A stretch of DNA of 59,645 nt, counting the filler. It is 7 parts of 7 records of this genome, joined end to end, with 100 filler letters (N's around TTAATTAATTAA, not from the genome) between each part and the next. Parts side by side here need not be neighbours in the genome. Positions count along the whole stretch, not along the records: positions 1 to 6,595 come from SRR31156797_31625; positions 6,696 to 12,632 come from SRR31156797_31640; 5 more parts are not named here. The stretch is one strand, 5' to 3'. The position numbers and the translations under genes were made by a program. Below are positions 1 to 8,142 of the stretch, in pieces. Within the stretch, counting starts at the first letter, position 1. Every line of letters starts with the position of its first letter. Under the pieces are notes generated by a model. It saw only the letters and a program-made list of their open reading frames with translations. It was not told the origin of the DNA and searched no databases.

Positions 1-2
1 CT

Positions 3-33
3 CTGAAATATGTACTTTGTTATGCGCTGATTT
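3..33 (-). repeat. Recombination-site-like repeat, copy 1 (AAATcaGCGCATAAC-aaagtacata-TTTCAG on minus strand)
   Basis: Matches 975-1005 in inverted orientation at 23/31 positions; begins just after the stop codon of 35..445. Confidence 0.6.
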
Positions 34-34
34 T

Positions 35-445
35 TCATTCCACAGTATATCCGATGTAAAAATTGATTTCAGTTTTCTTATTTTTTACCAAATCAATATT
101 TTGTACCTCCTCAATTAATCTTTCCCATTCGTTGCCTTTACTCTGACATTTTATTGTATAATTGCCTGGTAACGTTTTTATAGAGTAATTTCCAGTCGAG
201 TCATTTGTAGTTTTCAAGTCTGAATTTTCTATCCATATTTCAAACTCATTTTCAAAGTAGTATTCGCCAGACCTGTCAACGCGATAAACGTGCCCAAAAA
301 CCAATGAAGAGTCATTAAGTGTTGTATCTGAACTTGATATAATCTCCACATTGCCATCAATGAATTGTCGATTAAGGCATGAACTGGCTATTACAAAAGC
401 TATAAAAAATATGGGTATAAGTCTAATTTTTTCAGCAAAACTCAT
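35..445 (-). CDS. Putative lipoprotein with carboxypeptidase-regulatory-like beta-sandwich domain
   Basis: Hydrophobic signal ending IASSC (lipobox); motif TTNDSTGNYSIKTLPGNYTIK. Confidence 0.7.
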   Translation of the reverse strand: MSFAEKIRLIPIFFIAFVIASSCLNRQFIDGNVEIISSSDTTLNDSSLVFGHVYRVDRSGEYYFENEFEIWIENSDLKTTNDSTGNYSIKTLPGNYTIKCQSKGNEWERLIEEVQNIDLVKNKKTEINFYIGYTVE

Positions 446-531
446 TCTTTTGATTTTTAAAATTGTGAACAGCAGTCATTTCATTATGGCAGGTAAAAAC
501 TCACAGATGGCAATTTGTTGTGTCTTGGCTT

Positions 532-912
532 TTAATCTCCATATGTTAAATCAATAAAAACAACCGAACAACTATCTTTCTTTACTGTGAAATTGCCTAA
601 ATATTCTGCATTGTCAGAACAAGTTAGTTTTGCTGTAAATTCATAGTCGCCCTCTAGTTTTTCAATAACTAAAAAAATTTCATTGTTACTGAAACTGCAA
701 TCAATATTTTCATCTGCCTGCGTAACTGGTTTTTCAATAATTCCTTCCAATGAACCATCAATGTATATCTCTACATCAAATGGACCACAATTTAACATTG
801 CCTGAGCATTTGTATAAAATATTACATTTCTCGTGTTTTTATCATTGTCCTTTTCACAACTTAATAAGAACGAACAAATAATGAGTAATAAGAAGAAAAT
901 AGGTTGTTTCAT
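532..912 (-). CDS. Putative lipoprotein, unknown function
   Basis: Signal peptide with LLSC-EKD lipobox typical of Bacteroidota; several Cys. Confidence 0.75.
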   Translation of the reverse strand: MKQPIFFLLLIICSFLLSCEKDNDKNTRNVIFYTNAQAMLNCGPFDVEIYIDGSLEGIIEKPVTQADENIDCSFSNNEIFLVIEKLEGDYEFTAKLTCSDNAEYLGNFTVKKDSCSVVFIDLTYGD

Positions 913-974
913 TTTAGAGAATGTTTTTTTGTCTGTTTTTGTAATGATGCATTAGTTCGCATTTTGGTTGCGTT

Positions 975-1005
975 AAATTTGCGCATAACTACCTATAACT
1001 TTCAG
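975..1005 (+). repeat. Recombination-site-like repeat, copy 2 (AAATttGCGCATAAC-tacctataac-TTTCAG)
   Basis: Inverted partner of 3-33; reads GTTATGC core on the minus strand. Confidence 0.6.
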
Positions 1006-1143
1006 CAAAAACCAACTAATTAGCATTTAAATAAATTTACATAAACTATTTAAATAATATGTTTAATGATTTAAATGATTTTGCATTAAACAAATGATTT
1101 ATTTTAATTACTTTGAATTCTTAATTCTAATTCACCATTCATT

Positions 1144-3102
1144 TTGATAAAATTACATCTCAGGCAAACTGTTTTCTCTATTTTTTGGTTTCTACCCCTA
1201 TTTGTGCAAAGTACTTCTTTCACTCAGGTTGATATCGACATGCATTATTCAGATTCTATTCGAACCCTATTCATGCAAAAAGCTGAAGTCTCCAAAAATG
1301 ACAGTCTTCGGTTAATAACCATTTATTCCGAATATGCTGAAAATTTAAATATTAATGAAGAACAAGAAGCAGCAATTGAACAATATAAAACTGCATTGCG
1401 TATTGCTCAGAATACAAATAATTACAAAATGGTTGCTTCGGTTGCAAATAATCTTGCCAATTTATATGCCGTAATCGGAAACTTTAATGCATCAAATGAA
1501 GCATACAAAACCGCATTAGAGAATGCTGAAATTACAAAAGACAACGGAGAAATTGCAAAAATAAGCATGAACTTAGCCAGTAACTTTAACTTTACAGGCA
1601 ACTATAATAAGGCAATTGAATATGGATTATACGCACTTAAAATTAAAGAAACTACAAATAATCTGACCAGAATCTGCTACCATTACATTGCAATGGGAAA
1701 TATTTTCAGAGAAAATAATAACACAGAAAAATGGGAAGAATATGTGCAAAAAGCCTATAAAATGAAAGAGGAAGAAGGGTGTGCCTCTTTCGTCGATATC
1801 ACAAAAATTTATAACAGCCTCGGAGGAATTGCTGTACAAAAAGAAGAATTTGAAAAAGCGTTACTCTACTACGATACACTAATGGTATTATGCAAAAATG
1901 AGGAATATTACCAGGGAATTAGCACAGCACTTAGTAATAGTGCCGGAGTCTACCTTCAACAAAACCAATTCGGGAGAGCTTTGGAATTAGCGATTGAATC
2001 GGAAAAATATTTTGGTAAAAATCCATACGATATTATTTTCAATAACAATTTTAAAGCCGATATATACCGACTTTTGGGGCAGGATAAAAAAGGCCTTGAA
2101 TTAGTAGAACAAAATATTCAAACCGAAGAAATAAATTATTATTCAACCGAAAACCTGAAATGCCTGCAACTATTATATGAACTAAATTTTAACCTTGGCA
2201 ATTTCGAAGAAGCCTTTTTATGGAACGATTCGCTGAGAAATATGGAACAAATTCTGCGCGATGAAGATATCAGGCATTCGATAGAAGAATTGGAAGCTAA
2301 ATATGAAACTCATAAAAAAGAGGCACAAATTGAATTGCTTACAACCGAAAACAAATTAAAAAATCAACGGTTACGCGCAGGAATAATTTTACTGACTGTT
2401 CTGGTTATTATTATTTTCATGATTTTATATATTTTACGAATCAGGAAAAAACAGGCACTGTTAATTCAAAACGATTTACAGCAACAAGTACTTCGTGCAC
2501 AAATGAATCCACATTTTATTTTTAATGTGCTTGGTTCAATCCAAAATTTCATGCTACAAAACAACACAAAAAAAGCAGCAGGTTTTTTGGCTCAATTTGC
2601 TTCGTTAACGCGTGCCACACTTAACAATTCGGCCGCCGAAACCATTTCACTTTCCGACGAAATTAGTATGTTAAAAAATTACATCGAACTGGAACAAATG
2701 CGTTGCAGAAATTCATTCAACTTCGAAATAAAATACGATGATAACCTGGAAGCAGATTTTATTCAGATTCCGCCAATGCTCGTACAACCTTTTGTTGAAA
2801 ATGCAATAAAACATGGCCTTAAAAACCTCGATCGCCAGGGATTTTTACACCTCCACATTTCAGACAAAAACGAAAGCATAGAATTTATTGTTGAAGACAA
2901 TGGAAAAGGAATTGAGGAAACTAAAGATCTACAAAAAAAATACCAGTCGATGGCAACTTCAATTTTTGAAAAAAGACGTAAACTAATCCAGTTAAGATAT
3001 AAAAAGGATTTTAATTTTGAACTTCAAAACATTAAAGAGATAAATCCAGAAAATACAGGGGTGAAAATTTCAATAAATATTCCGATTCTAAACCATGATT
3101 AA
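1144..3102 (+). CDS. TPR-containing LytS/YehU-type sensor histidine kinase
   Basis: TPR repeats, one TM helix, LRAQMNPHFIFN H-box, QPFVENAIKHG N-box, VEDNGKG G-box; overlaps LytTR regulator. Confidence 0.92.
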   Translation: MIKLHLRQTVFSIFWFLPLFVQSTSFTQVDIDMHYSDSIRTLFMQKAEVSKNDSLRLITIYSEYAENLNINEEQEAAIEQYKTALRIAQNTNNYKMVASVANNLANLYAVIGNFNASNEAYKTALENAEITKDNGEIAKISMNLASNFNFTGNYNKAIEYGLYALKIKETTNNLTRICYHYIAMGNIFRENNNTEKWEEYVQKAYKMKEEEGCASFVDITKIYNSLGGIAVQKEEFEKALLYYDTLMVLCKNEEYYQGISTALSNSAGVYLQQNQFGRALELAIESEKYFGKNPYDIIFNNNFKADIYRLLGQDKKGLELVEQNIQTEEINYYSTENLKCLQLLYELNFNLGNFEEAFLWNDSLRNMEQILRDEDIRHSIEELEAKYETHKKEAQIELLTTENKLKNQRLRAGIILLTVLVIIIFMILYILRIRKKQALLIQNDLQQQVLRAQMNPHFIFNVLGSIQNFMLQNNTKKAAGFLAQFASLTRATLNNSAAETISLSDEISMLKNYIELEQMRCRNSFNFEIKYDDNLEADFIQIPPMLVQPFVENAIKHGLKNLDRQGFLHLHISDKNESIEFIVEDNGKGIEETKDLQKKYQSMATSIFEKRRKLIQLRYKKDFNFELQNIKEINPENTGVKISINIPILNHD

Positions 3103-3844
3103 AGCTGTAATAATCGACGATGAGCTTGCTATGCAGGAAGTAAATTCTCAACTACTAAAAGAATATTTTCCTGAAATAAAACAGGCCGGAACAGCAAACT
3201 CGGTTAAAAGTGGAGTGGCATTAATTCTTAAAGAAAACCCGGATTTAGTACTGCTCGATATTGAATTAACCGATGGTACCGGTTTTCAATTATTACAACA
3301 GTTACAACCTTACAATTTTATAGTAGTTTTTATTACCGGATTCGATTCGTTTGCTATTAAAGCTATAAAATTTAGTGCTATCGATTATATTTTAAAGCCG
3401 GTAAACGAATTTGAATTTAAACAATCGATTCAACGCGTTTTAGAATTAATATCGAAAAAAGAAGATACACATCCTCAGGTTGAAGTGCTAATGAATTCGT
3501 TTAAAAAAGAGCTGAAAACAAAAAAGCTGGTTTTACGTACTTCGGAATCTTTACATGTTATAAATGTTTCTGATATATACTTTTGTAAAAGCGATAACAG
3601 TTATACTACATTTTATTTCGAAAACGATGAAAAAATAATGGTATCACGTAGTTTGAAAGACTATGAAGGACTGCTTATTGAATATGGATTTTTCAGGCCT
3701 CACCAATCATACCTTGTAAATCTTAATCACATAAAAAAGGTAGATAAAACAGATGGTGGTTTTATTATTATGAAAAACAAAAAGGAAATTCCTGTTTCAC
3801 TTCGACAAATGAAAAATCTGGTAAAATTGTTAGAACAGTTATAA
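3095..3844 (+). CDS. LytTR-family response regulator
   Basis: REC domain (IIDDE, LLDIEL, DYILKP) plus LytTR domain (FFRPHQSYLVNL). Confidence 0.95.
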   Translation: MIKAVIIDDELAMQEVNSQLLKEYFPEIKQAGTANSVKSGVALILKENPDLVLLDIELTDGTGFQLLQQLQPYNFIVVFITGFDSFAIKAIKFSAIDYILKPVNEFEFKQSIQRVLELISKKEDTHPQVEVLMNSFKKELKTKKLVLRTSESLHVINVSDIYFCKSDNSYTTFYFENDEKIMVSRSLKDYEGLLIEYGFFRPHQSYLVNLNHIKKVDKTDGGFIIMKNKKEIPVSLRQMKNLVKLLEQL

Positions 3845-3954
3845 TTAACCTACACTTCCCCGACATTCTACTTTCATTTTTATTTACTTTCAGTAATATT
3901 ATAACTGAGGGTACATTATTCATATTTATATAATAGTTACTGCATTTTTCCTGA

Positions 3955-3985
3955 CACATTCAAAGCCAAGCTTCACGAATTCAAA
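3955..3985 (+). promoter_or_regulatory. Putative LytTR binding site (direct repeats CACATTCAAA / CGAATTCAAA, 21-bp period)
   Basis: Same motif and period recur at 4367-4397; 21-bp period direct repeats are the known LytTR site architecture. Confidence 0.65.
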
Positions 3986-4030
3986 TTCCTTTTCATTTAA
4001 AAAATTGAACCATTTACTTTTAAATAAAAA

Positions 4031-4366
4031 ATGGTTCCGGTTCAACGAATAACATTAAATACATGCGATACCATTCATTTGGTTCAAATTCAGGATATTT
4101 TGTATTGTAAATGCGATAACAGCTCTACTACTTTCTATTTAACAAACCATCCTCCCATTATAATTTCGCGAAGTATAAAAGAGATTGAAAAGCAATTACA
4201 AAATTCTAACTTTTTTAGATCGCACCAATCGTATTTAGTGAATGTAAATCATATTGTCCGAATTAATAAAACTAAAAATTACGCCATTATACTTTCCGAC
4301 AAAACTCCGATTCCTGTTTCAGTTCGAAAACGAAAAGAGATAATACAAATTCTACTTAATATTTAG
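4031..4366 (+). CDS. Stand-alone LytTR DNA-binding domain protein (no receiver domain)
   Basis: FFRSHQSYLVNVNHI and IPVSVRK motifs; similar to C-terminal half of 3095..3844. Confidence 0.88.
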   Translation: MVPVQRITLNTCDTIHLVQIQDILYCKCDNSSTTFYLTNHPPIIISRSIKEIEKQLQNSNFFRSHQSYLVNVNHIVRINKTKNYAIILSDKTPIPVSVRKRKEIIQILLNI

Positions 4367-4397
4367 CGAATTCAAAAGCATGCACTCCGCTTTCAAG
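4367..4397 (+). promoter_or_regulatory. Putative LytTR binding site (CGAATTCAAA / CGCTTTCAAG, 21-bp period)
   Basis: Upstream of lipoprotein/OMP genes; matches 3955-3985. Confidence 0.65.
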
Positions 4398-4478
4398 TTT
4401 ATAACAAAACAGAATGATAAGTAGCCTAAATTCACCACAAAATAAATCCAAACAATCAAATCTTTAAAAATTCAAAGA

Positions 4479-4949
4479 ATGAAAAAATCAATCCATTTAT
4501 TTGCAATCGTTTTATGTGCCTTGAGTATTTTATCGGTTTCGTGCAATAAAGAAGATGACCTTTCAACAAACGAAATTAGTGGTGAATACAGTTTAACAAT
4601 GGATGGCTCCACAGTGGCTTCCGGAGAAACGGAAGAAATTGGAATGATTGGAAATGCCGCTTCGGTTTCGAAAGGAGAAGATTTTGGCATTTTACTCTCG
4701 GCAGTTCCCGAAACAACAGGCGCCAGTGTTGAACTTGGTGGAGAAAATAGTGTAGGTTCAGTTTCAATAACCGGAAAAAACCTGCTCCTAAACGATAATT
4801 CTGATGAATTGTACTTCTCGATTAGCGGAACGATAAAAAGAGAGTCATCAACTAAAATATCGTTTTCAGGAACTTGCACAGCAATGGGTAGCACAACGGT
4901 TCACACTTTTAGTGGCAGCATAGAATCAGACGCATTTAAATTAATATAG
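4479..4949 (+). CDS. Putative lipoprotein
   Basis: Signal peptide with SVSC-NKEDD lipobox. Confidence 0.8.
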   Translation: MKKSIHLFAIVLCALSILSVSCNKEDDLSTNEISGEYSLTMDGSTVASGETEEIGMIGNAASVSKGEDFGILLSAVPETTGASVELGGENSVGSVSITGKNLLLNDNSDELYFSISGTIKRESSTKISFSGTCTAMGSTTVHTFSGSIESDAFKLI

Positions 4950-5030
4950 ATAACAGTTAAACAGTTAATTCCCAAACTCATTTTTCAAAAAAATAAAATC
5001 AATCAATTTATAAATATTAAAGAATAAATT

Positions 5031-5531
5031 ATGAAAAATCTAGTAAAAGCATTTGTTGCGATTGTTCTCTTTTTTGCAGTTTCAGAAACCAGTGCGCAGA
5101 TAAGTGTTGGTGGTGGACTAGTTTACGGAACCGATATTAATAATATTGGAATTAGTGCAAATGGCAAATACGAAATAAACGAAAAATGGAGTGCTGCTCC
5201 GGCATTTACTTACTTCTTAAAAAAAGACTACGTTAATTGGTCGGCTCTGGATTTAGACGCCAACTACCAACTTACCGAAATTGAGAATGTAGGAAGTTTA
5301 TATGCAATTGGCGGTGTAAATGTAACTTTCTATAAAGTAAAATTTGATGCCGATTTAGGCGAATACGGAGATTACAGCAGCTCGGTAACCGGTTCAAATG
5401 CAGGGGTAAATTTAGGACTTGGTTTAGATGTTCCAGCCGGTGATAATTTTATAATTGCTCCCGAAATAAAATATTCCATTAGTAATGGAAGTTATCTGCG
5501 TGCCGGTGTAAAAATCTTATTTGGGATATAA
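5031..5531 (+). CDS. Outer membrane beta-barrel protein (8-stranded, PorT/OMP_b-brl-like)
   Basis: Signal peptide, alternating beta-strands, C-terminal LRAGVKILF strand. Confidence 0.85.
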   Translation: MKNLVKAFVAIVLFFAVSETSAQISVGGGLVYGTDINNIGISANGKYEINEKWSAAPAFTYFLKKDYVNWSALDLDANYQLTEIENVGSLYAIGGVNVTFYKVKFDADLGEYGDYSSSVTGSNAGVNLGLGLDVPAGDNFIIAPEIKYSISNGSYLRAGVKILFGI

Positions 5532-5551
5532 TATAAAAAATATTCTTAGAG

Positions 5552-5580
5552 AACCGTTCTTTCAGCATAGAACGGTTTTT
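5552..5580. terminator. Intrinsic terminator between convergent genes
   Basis: Stem AACCGTTCT/AGAACGGTT followed by T run. Confidence 0.75.
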
Positions 5581-5608
5581 ACTTTTATATCCATTTTTCT
5601 TCCTAAAA

Positions 5609-6595
5609 TCAGCCTGCTCCCACAGCCCACTCCGGAAAAACAGTAATATCAATATCAAATACTAAAACTCCCCAAAAGTACATAACCAGGGTAGCAATTA
5701 TTATTCCTGCAATATTTAGGAATATTCCTGTTTTAACCATGTCTTTTACCCGTATTCGGTTTGTACCAAAAACAATAGCATTTGGCGGGGTTGCAACCGG
5801 CAGCATAAAAGCCAGCGAAGCAGCCAGTGTTGCCGGAATCATAAGTAATAGTGGATTAATTTCTATTGTCATTGCCAATCCGGCTAATATAGGAAGTATC
5901 ATTTCTGTAGTTGCCACATTCGATGTTAATTCGGTGAGTAACGACATCATACTTACATTGGCAAAAGTTAAAACAATCGGGTTAACATCTGCCAGGCCGG
6001 CAAGTTGTTCGCCAAACCAGATGGAAAGACCTGAATCTACAAATCCCTGTGCCAAAGCAAAACCACCACCAAATAACAGCACAATTCCCCAAGGTATTTT
6101 ATTTGCCGTTTCCCAGTTCATTACCCGTTCTCCCTTTTCGGTTTTCGAAGGAATCATAAAAAGTAACAAAGCAATAAAAATTGCCACTGTTCCATCATTT
6201 ATATAAGATGGAGTTTTAAATAATTGCGACCAACCCGGTATTACAAACGACTGGATATTAAAACCCGAGCGAAAAATCCAGAGAAAAGCAAGAATTATAA
6301 ATAAGGTAAAAACTATTTTCTCCTCCTGTTTTGGTTTTCCCAATGCAATATATTCCTTTTTAAAATCATCGATATGAAGTTTTTTCCAGCTCTTTTTTGG
6401 TTTATACATGACGTACAATAAAAGCCATGCAAAAAGAAAAACAAGTACAGTAACCGGAAGGGCAAAAATAAACCAGTCGGCAAACGAAATCTCCGTCATT
6501 TCAGGGAAAATAATATTGACAATTCGTGCAAATGAAAGATTTGGTGGTGTTCCCACTAATGTAGCTATTCCTCCTATTGATGCCGAATATGCAAT
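5609..6595 (-). CDS. SLC13/DASS sodium-coupled anion symporter (5'-partial)
   Basis: GTPPN, TELTSNVAT and AFMLPVATPPNAIVF motifs; frame open to contig edge. Confidence 0.93.
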   Translation of the reverse strand: MAYSASIGGIATLVGTPPNLSFARIVNIIFPEMTEISFADWFIFALPVTVLVFLFAWLLLYVMYKPKKSWKKLHIDDFKKEYIALGKPKQEEKIVFTLFIILAFLWIFRSGFNIQSFVIPGWSQLFKTPSYINDGTVAIFIALLLFMIPSKTEKGERVMNWETANKIPWGIVLLFGGGFALAQGFVDSGLSIWFGEQLAGLADVNPIVLTFANVSMMSLLTELTSNVATTEMILPILAGLAMTIEINPLLLMIPATLAASLAFMLPVATPPNAIVFGTNRIRVKDMVKTGIFLNIAGIIIATLVMYFWGVLVFDIDITVFPEWAVGAG

Positions 6596-6695
6596 NNNNN
6601 NNNNNNNNNNNNNNNNNNNNNNNNNNNNNNNNNNNNNNNTTAATTAATTAANNNNNNNNNNNNNNNNNNNNNNNNNNNNNNNNNNNNNNNNNNNN
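6596..6695. other. Artificial contig spacer
   Basis: N run with TTAATTAATTAA linker. Confidence 0.99.
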
Positions 6696-6790
6696 GGAAA
6701 TGGACTTAAGGACGAATGGAAATTGGGGTAAGGAGGTATGGAAATGGCTTGAGTACACAATACAATTGGCTATGGCAAGGCATAAAACGC
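6696..6790 (+). repeat. Degenerate 22-bp tandem repeat (TGGAAATGG-led units), cut by contig edge
   Basis: GGAAA at 6696, 6718 and 6740; decayed units at 6762 and 6784. Confidence 0.45.
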
Positions 6791-6872
6791 CTGGCAAATT
6801 GACTGAATATGGAAAAGAAAATGAATTAATTATTTATGCCCGCTTTTGGGCTCACCCTTAAATTAATAGAAT

Positions 6873-7802
6873 ATGAATAACACTGAAAAATCGATTTATG
6901 AGCAATTACAAAAGCTAATTGCCTTTAAAAATGAACATGAAGAAGAATTGAAATTGGTTCCTCTATTGTGGTTAATGCTTGAAGATGCTGTGACATACTA
7001 CACAAGTCTTGCTGTTTTGATACTGGAAGAGGACAGAAACAGCAGTGTGCTAACCCAGAAGAAGGAGATCACCTTCGAGGATTTGATAAATGAAGCTGTT
7101 ACTATTGAAGACATGCTGACAAGTTATGGGAATTACAAGGGCTTTATTCCGTTTATAAACATTAAAGACTGTAAAAAGTCTGTTTTGAATAAGGCTCGCG
7201 ATGAGGAGGTGATCACCAATGTGCAAAGCATGTTATCGGTAATGAAGGATTCTCCGACAGAAAGAGCTGAAGCGGGAATTTCCGATGAACGTTTGGCTGC
7301 TTTCGAGGCGAAAATTACAGCTGCCGCGGATATCATGTACGGACCGGAAGAGTTTCGTTTGCAGCAACGCGATTTGAATGCAAAGATTTCCAATGAACTG
7401 AATGGCTTCAAAGCATTGCTGAACGACTCGATTAAACCCAATGTGCGCGCCAACTTTGCCGATAGCAATCCTGATTTGTACCATGCATTTTTAAATGCCA
7501 TACACACCGATGCCTTGCCAACAAAGACAAAGGTGATTACAGGTAGTTTTAAAAATGAAAGTGGTGAGCCGGTAAGCGATGTGTGGGTACAGTTGGATGA
7601 GGAGAAGCCTGTGAAAAAAGGTGGCAAAAAAGGTCAATTCTATTTTTACAATGTGTCAGCCGGACAACACAGCCTGGTGTTTACCAAAGAATCCTATAAG
7701 CAAGAAAAAAGAGTATTCATGCTGGAAGCTGACCATACTATGAGCTTCGATATCATCTTTATATTGGAAGAGGTGGTTGTGGAAAGTGAGACAGACGCAT
7801 AA
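6873..7802 (+). CDS. Hypothetical protein: helical N-terminal domain plus C-terminal carboxypeptidase-regulatory-like domain
   Basis: 309-aa ORF; ITGSFKNESGEPVSDVWV...GQFYFYNVSAGQHSLVFTKESY is a beta-sandwich signature; no signal peptide. Confidence 0.8.
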   Translation: MNNTEKSIYEQLQKLIAFKNEHEEELKLVPLLWLMLEDAVTYYTSLAVLILEEDRNSSVLTQKKEITFEDLINEAVTIEDMLTSYGNYKGFIPFINIKDCKKSVLNKARDEEVITNVQSMLSVMKDSPTERAEAGISDERLAAFEAKITAAADIMYGPEEFRLQQRDLNAKISNELNGFKALLNDSIKPNVRANFADSNPDLYHAFLNAIHTDALPTKTKVITGSFKNESGEPVSDVWVQLDEEKPVKKGGKKGQFYFYNVSAGQHSLVFTKESYKQEKRVFMLEADHTMSFDIIFILEEVVVESETDA

Positions 7803-7825
7803 GTACCCATATGCAAACCCCTTGG

Positions 7826-7852
7826 AGAGCCCAATTTTACTGGGCTCTTTTT
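7826..7852 (+). terminator. Intrinsic terminator
   Basis: AGAGCCCA/TGGGCTCT stem plus T tract. Confidence 0.75.
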
Positions 7853-8142
7853 AATATGTATACCTGTAGTTTAGCAGTAAAAGCCACTTGTTAAGTAAAT
7901 TTATATTGATTCTAAGGAAATTAAACTAAAATATGTAAAGGAGAGAAGGGGAATAGTTTTACTTTTATTGAAGTGGTAGAAACTAACATCCCCACTTAAA
8001 GTTGAGTTAGCCCAATTGTTTGTTGTGTTTCCTACGTAAACAAAGCAACCGCACAAATAGCACATTTGTTTTTTGCCAGCACACAAGCAATCACTGAAAA
8101 TCAAAAGAGCTATTTTTTAGCCTACACGAAATATAAATACAC

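Noticed and set aside
1060-1100. TGTTTAATG/CATTAAACA inverted repeat and AATGATTT repeats upstream of the kinase
   Set aside because: Extremely AT-rich context makes chance occurrence likely.
6640-6651. TTAATTAATTAA palindrome repeated six times across the window
   Set aside because: Artificial all-frame stop linker inside N spacers, not a biological repeat or CRISPR.
6696-6790. Possible CRISPR array
   Set aside because: Units are 22 bp, degenerate and contiguous, with no repeat-spacer alternation and no cas genes.
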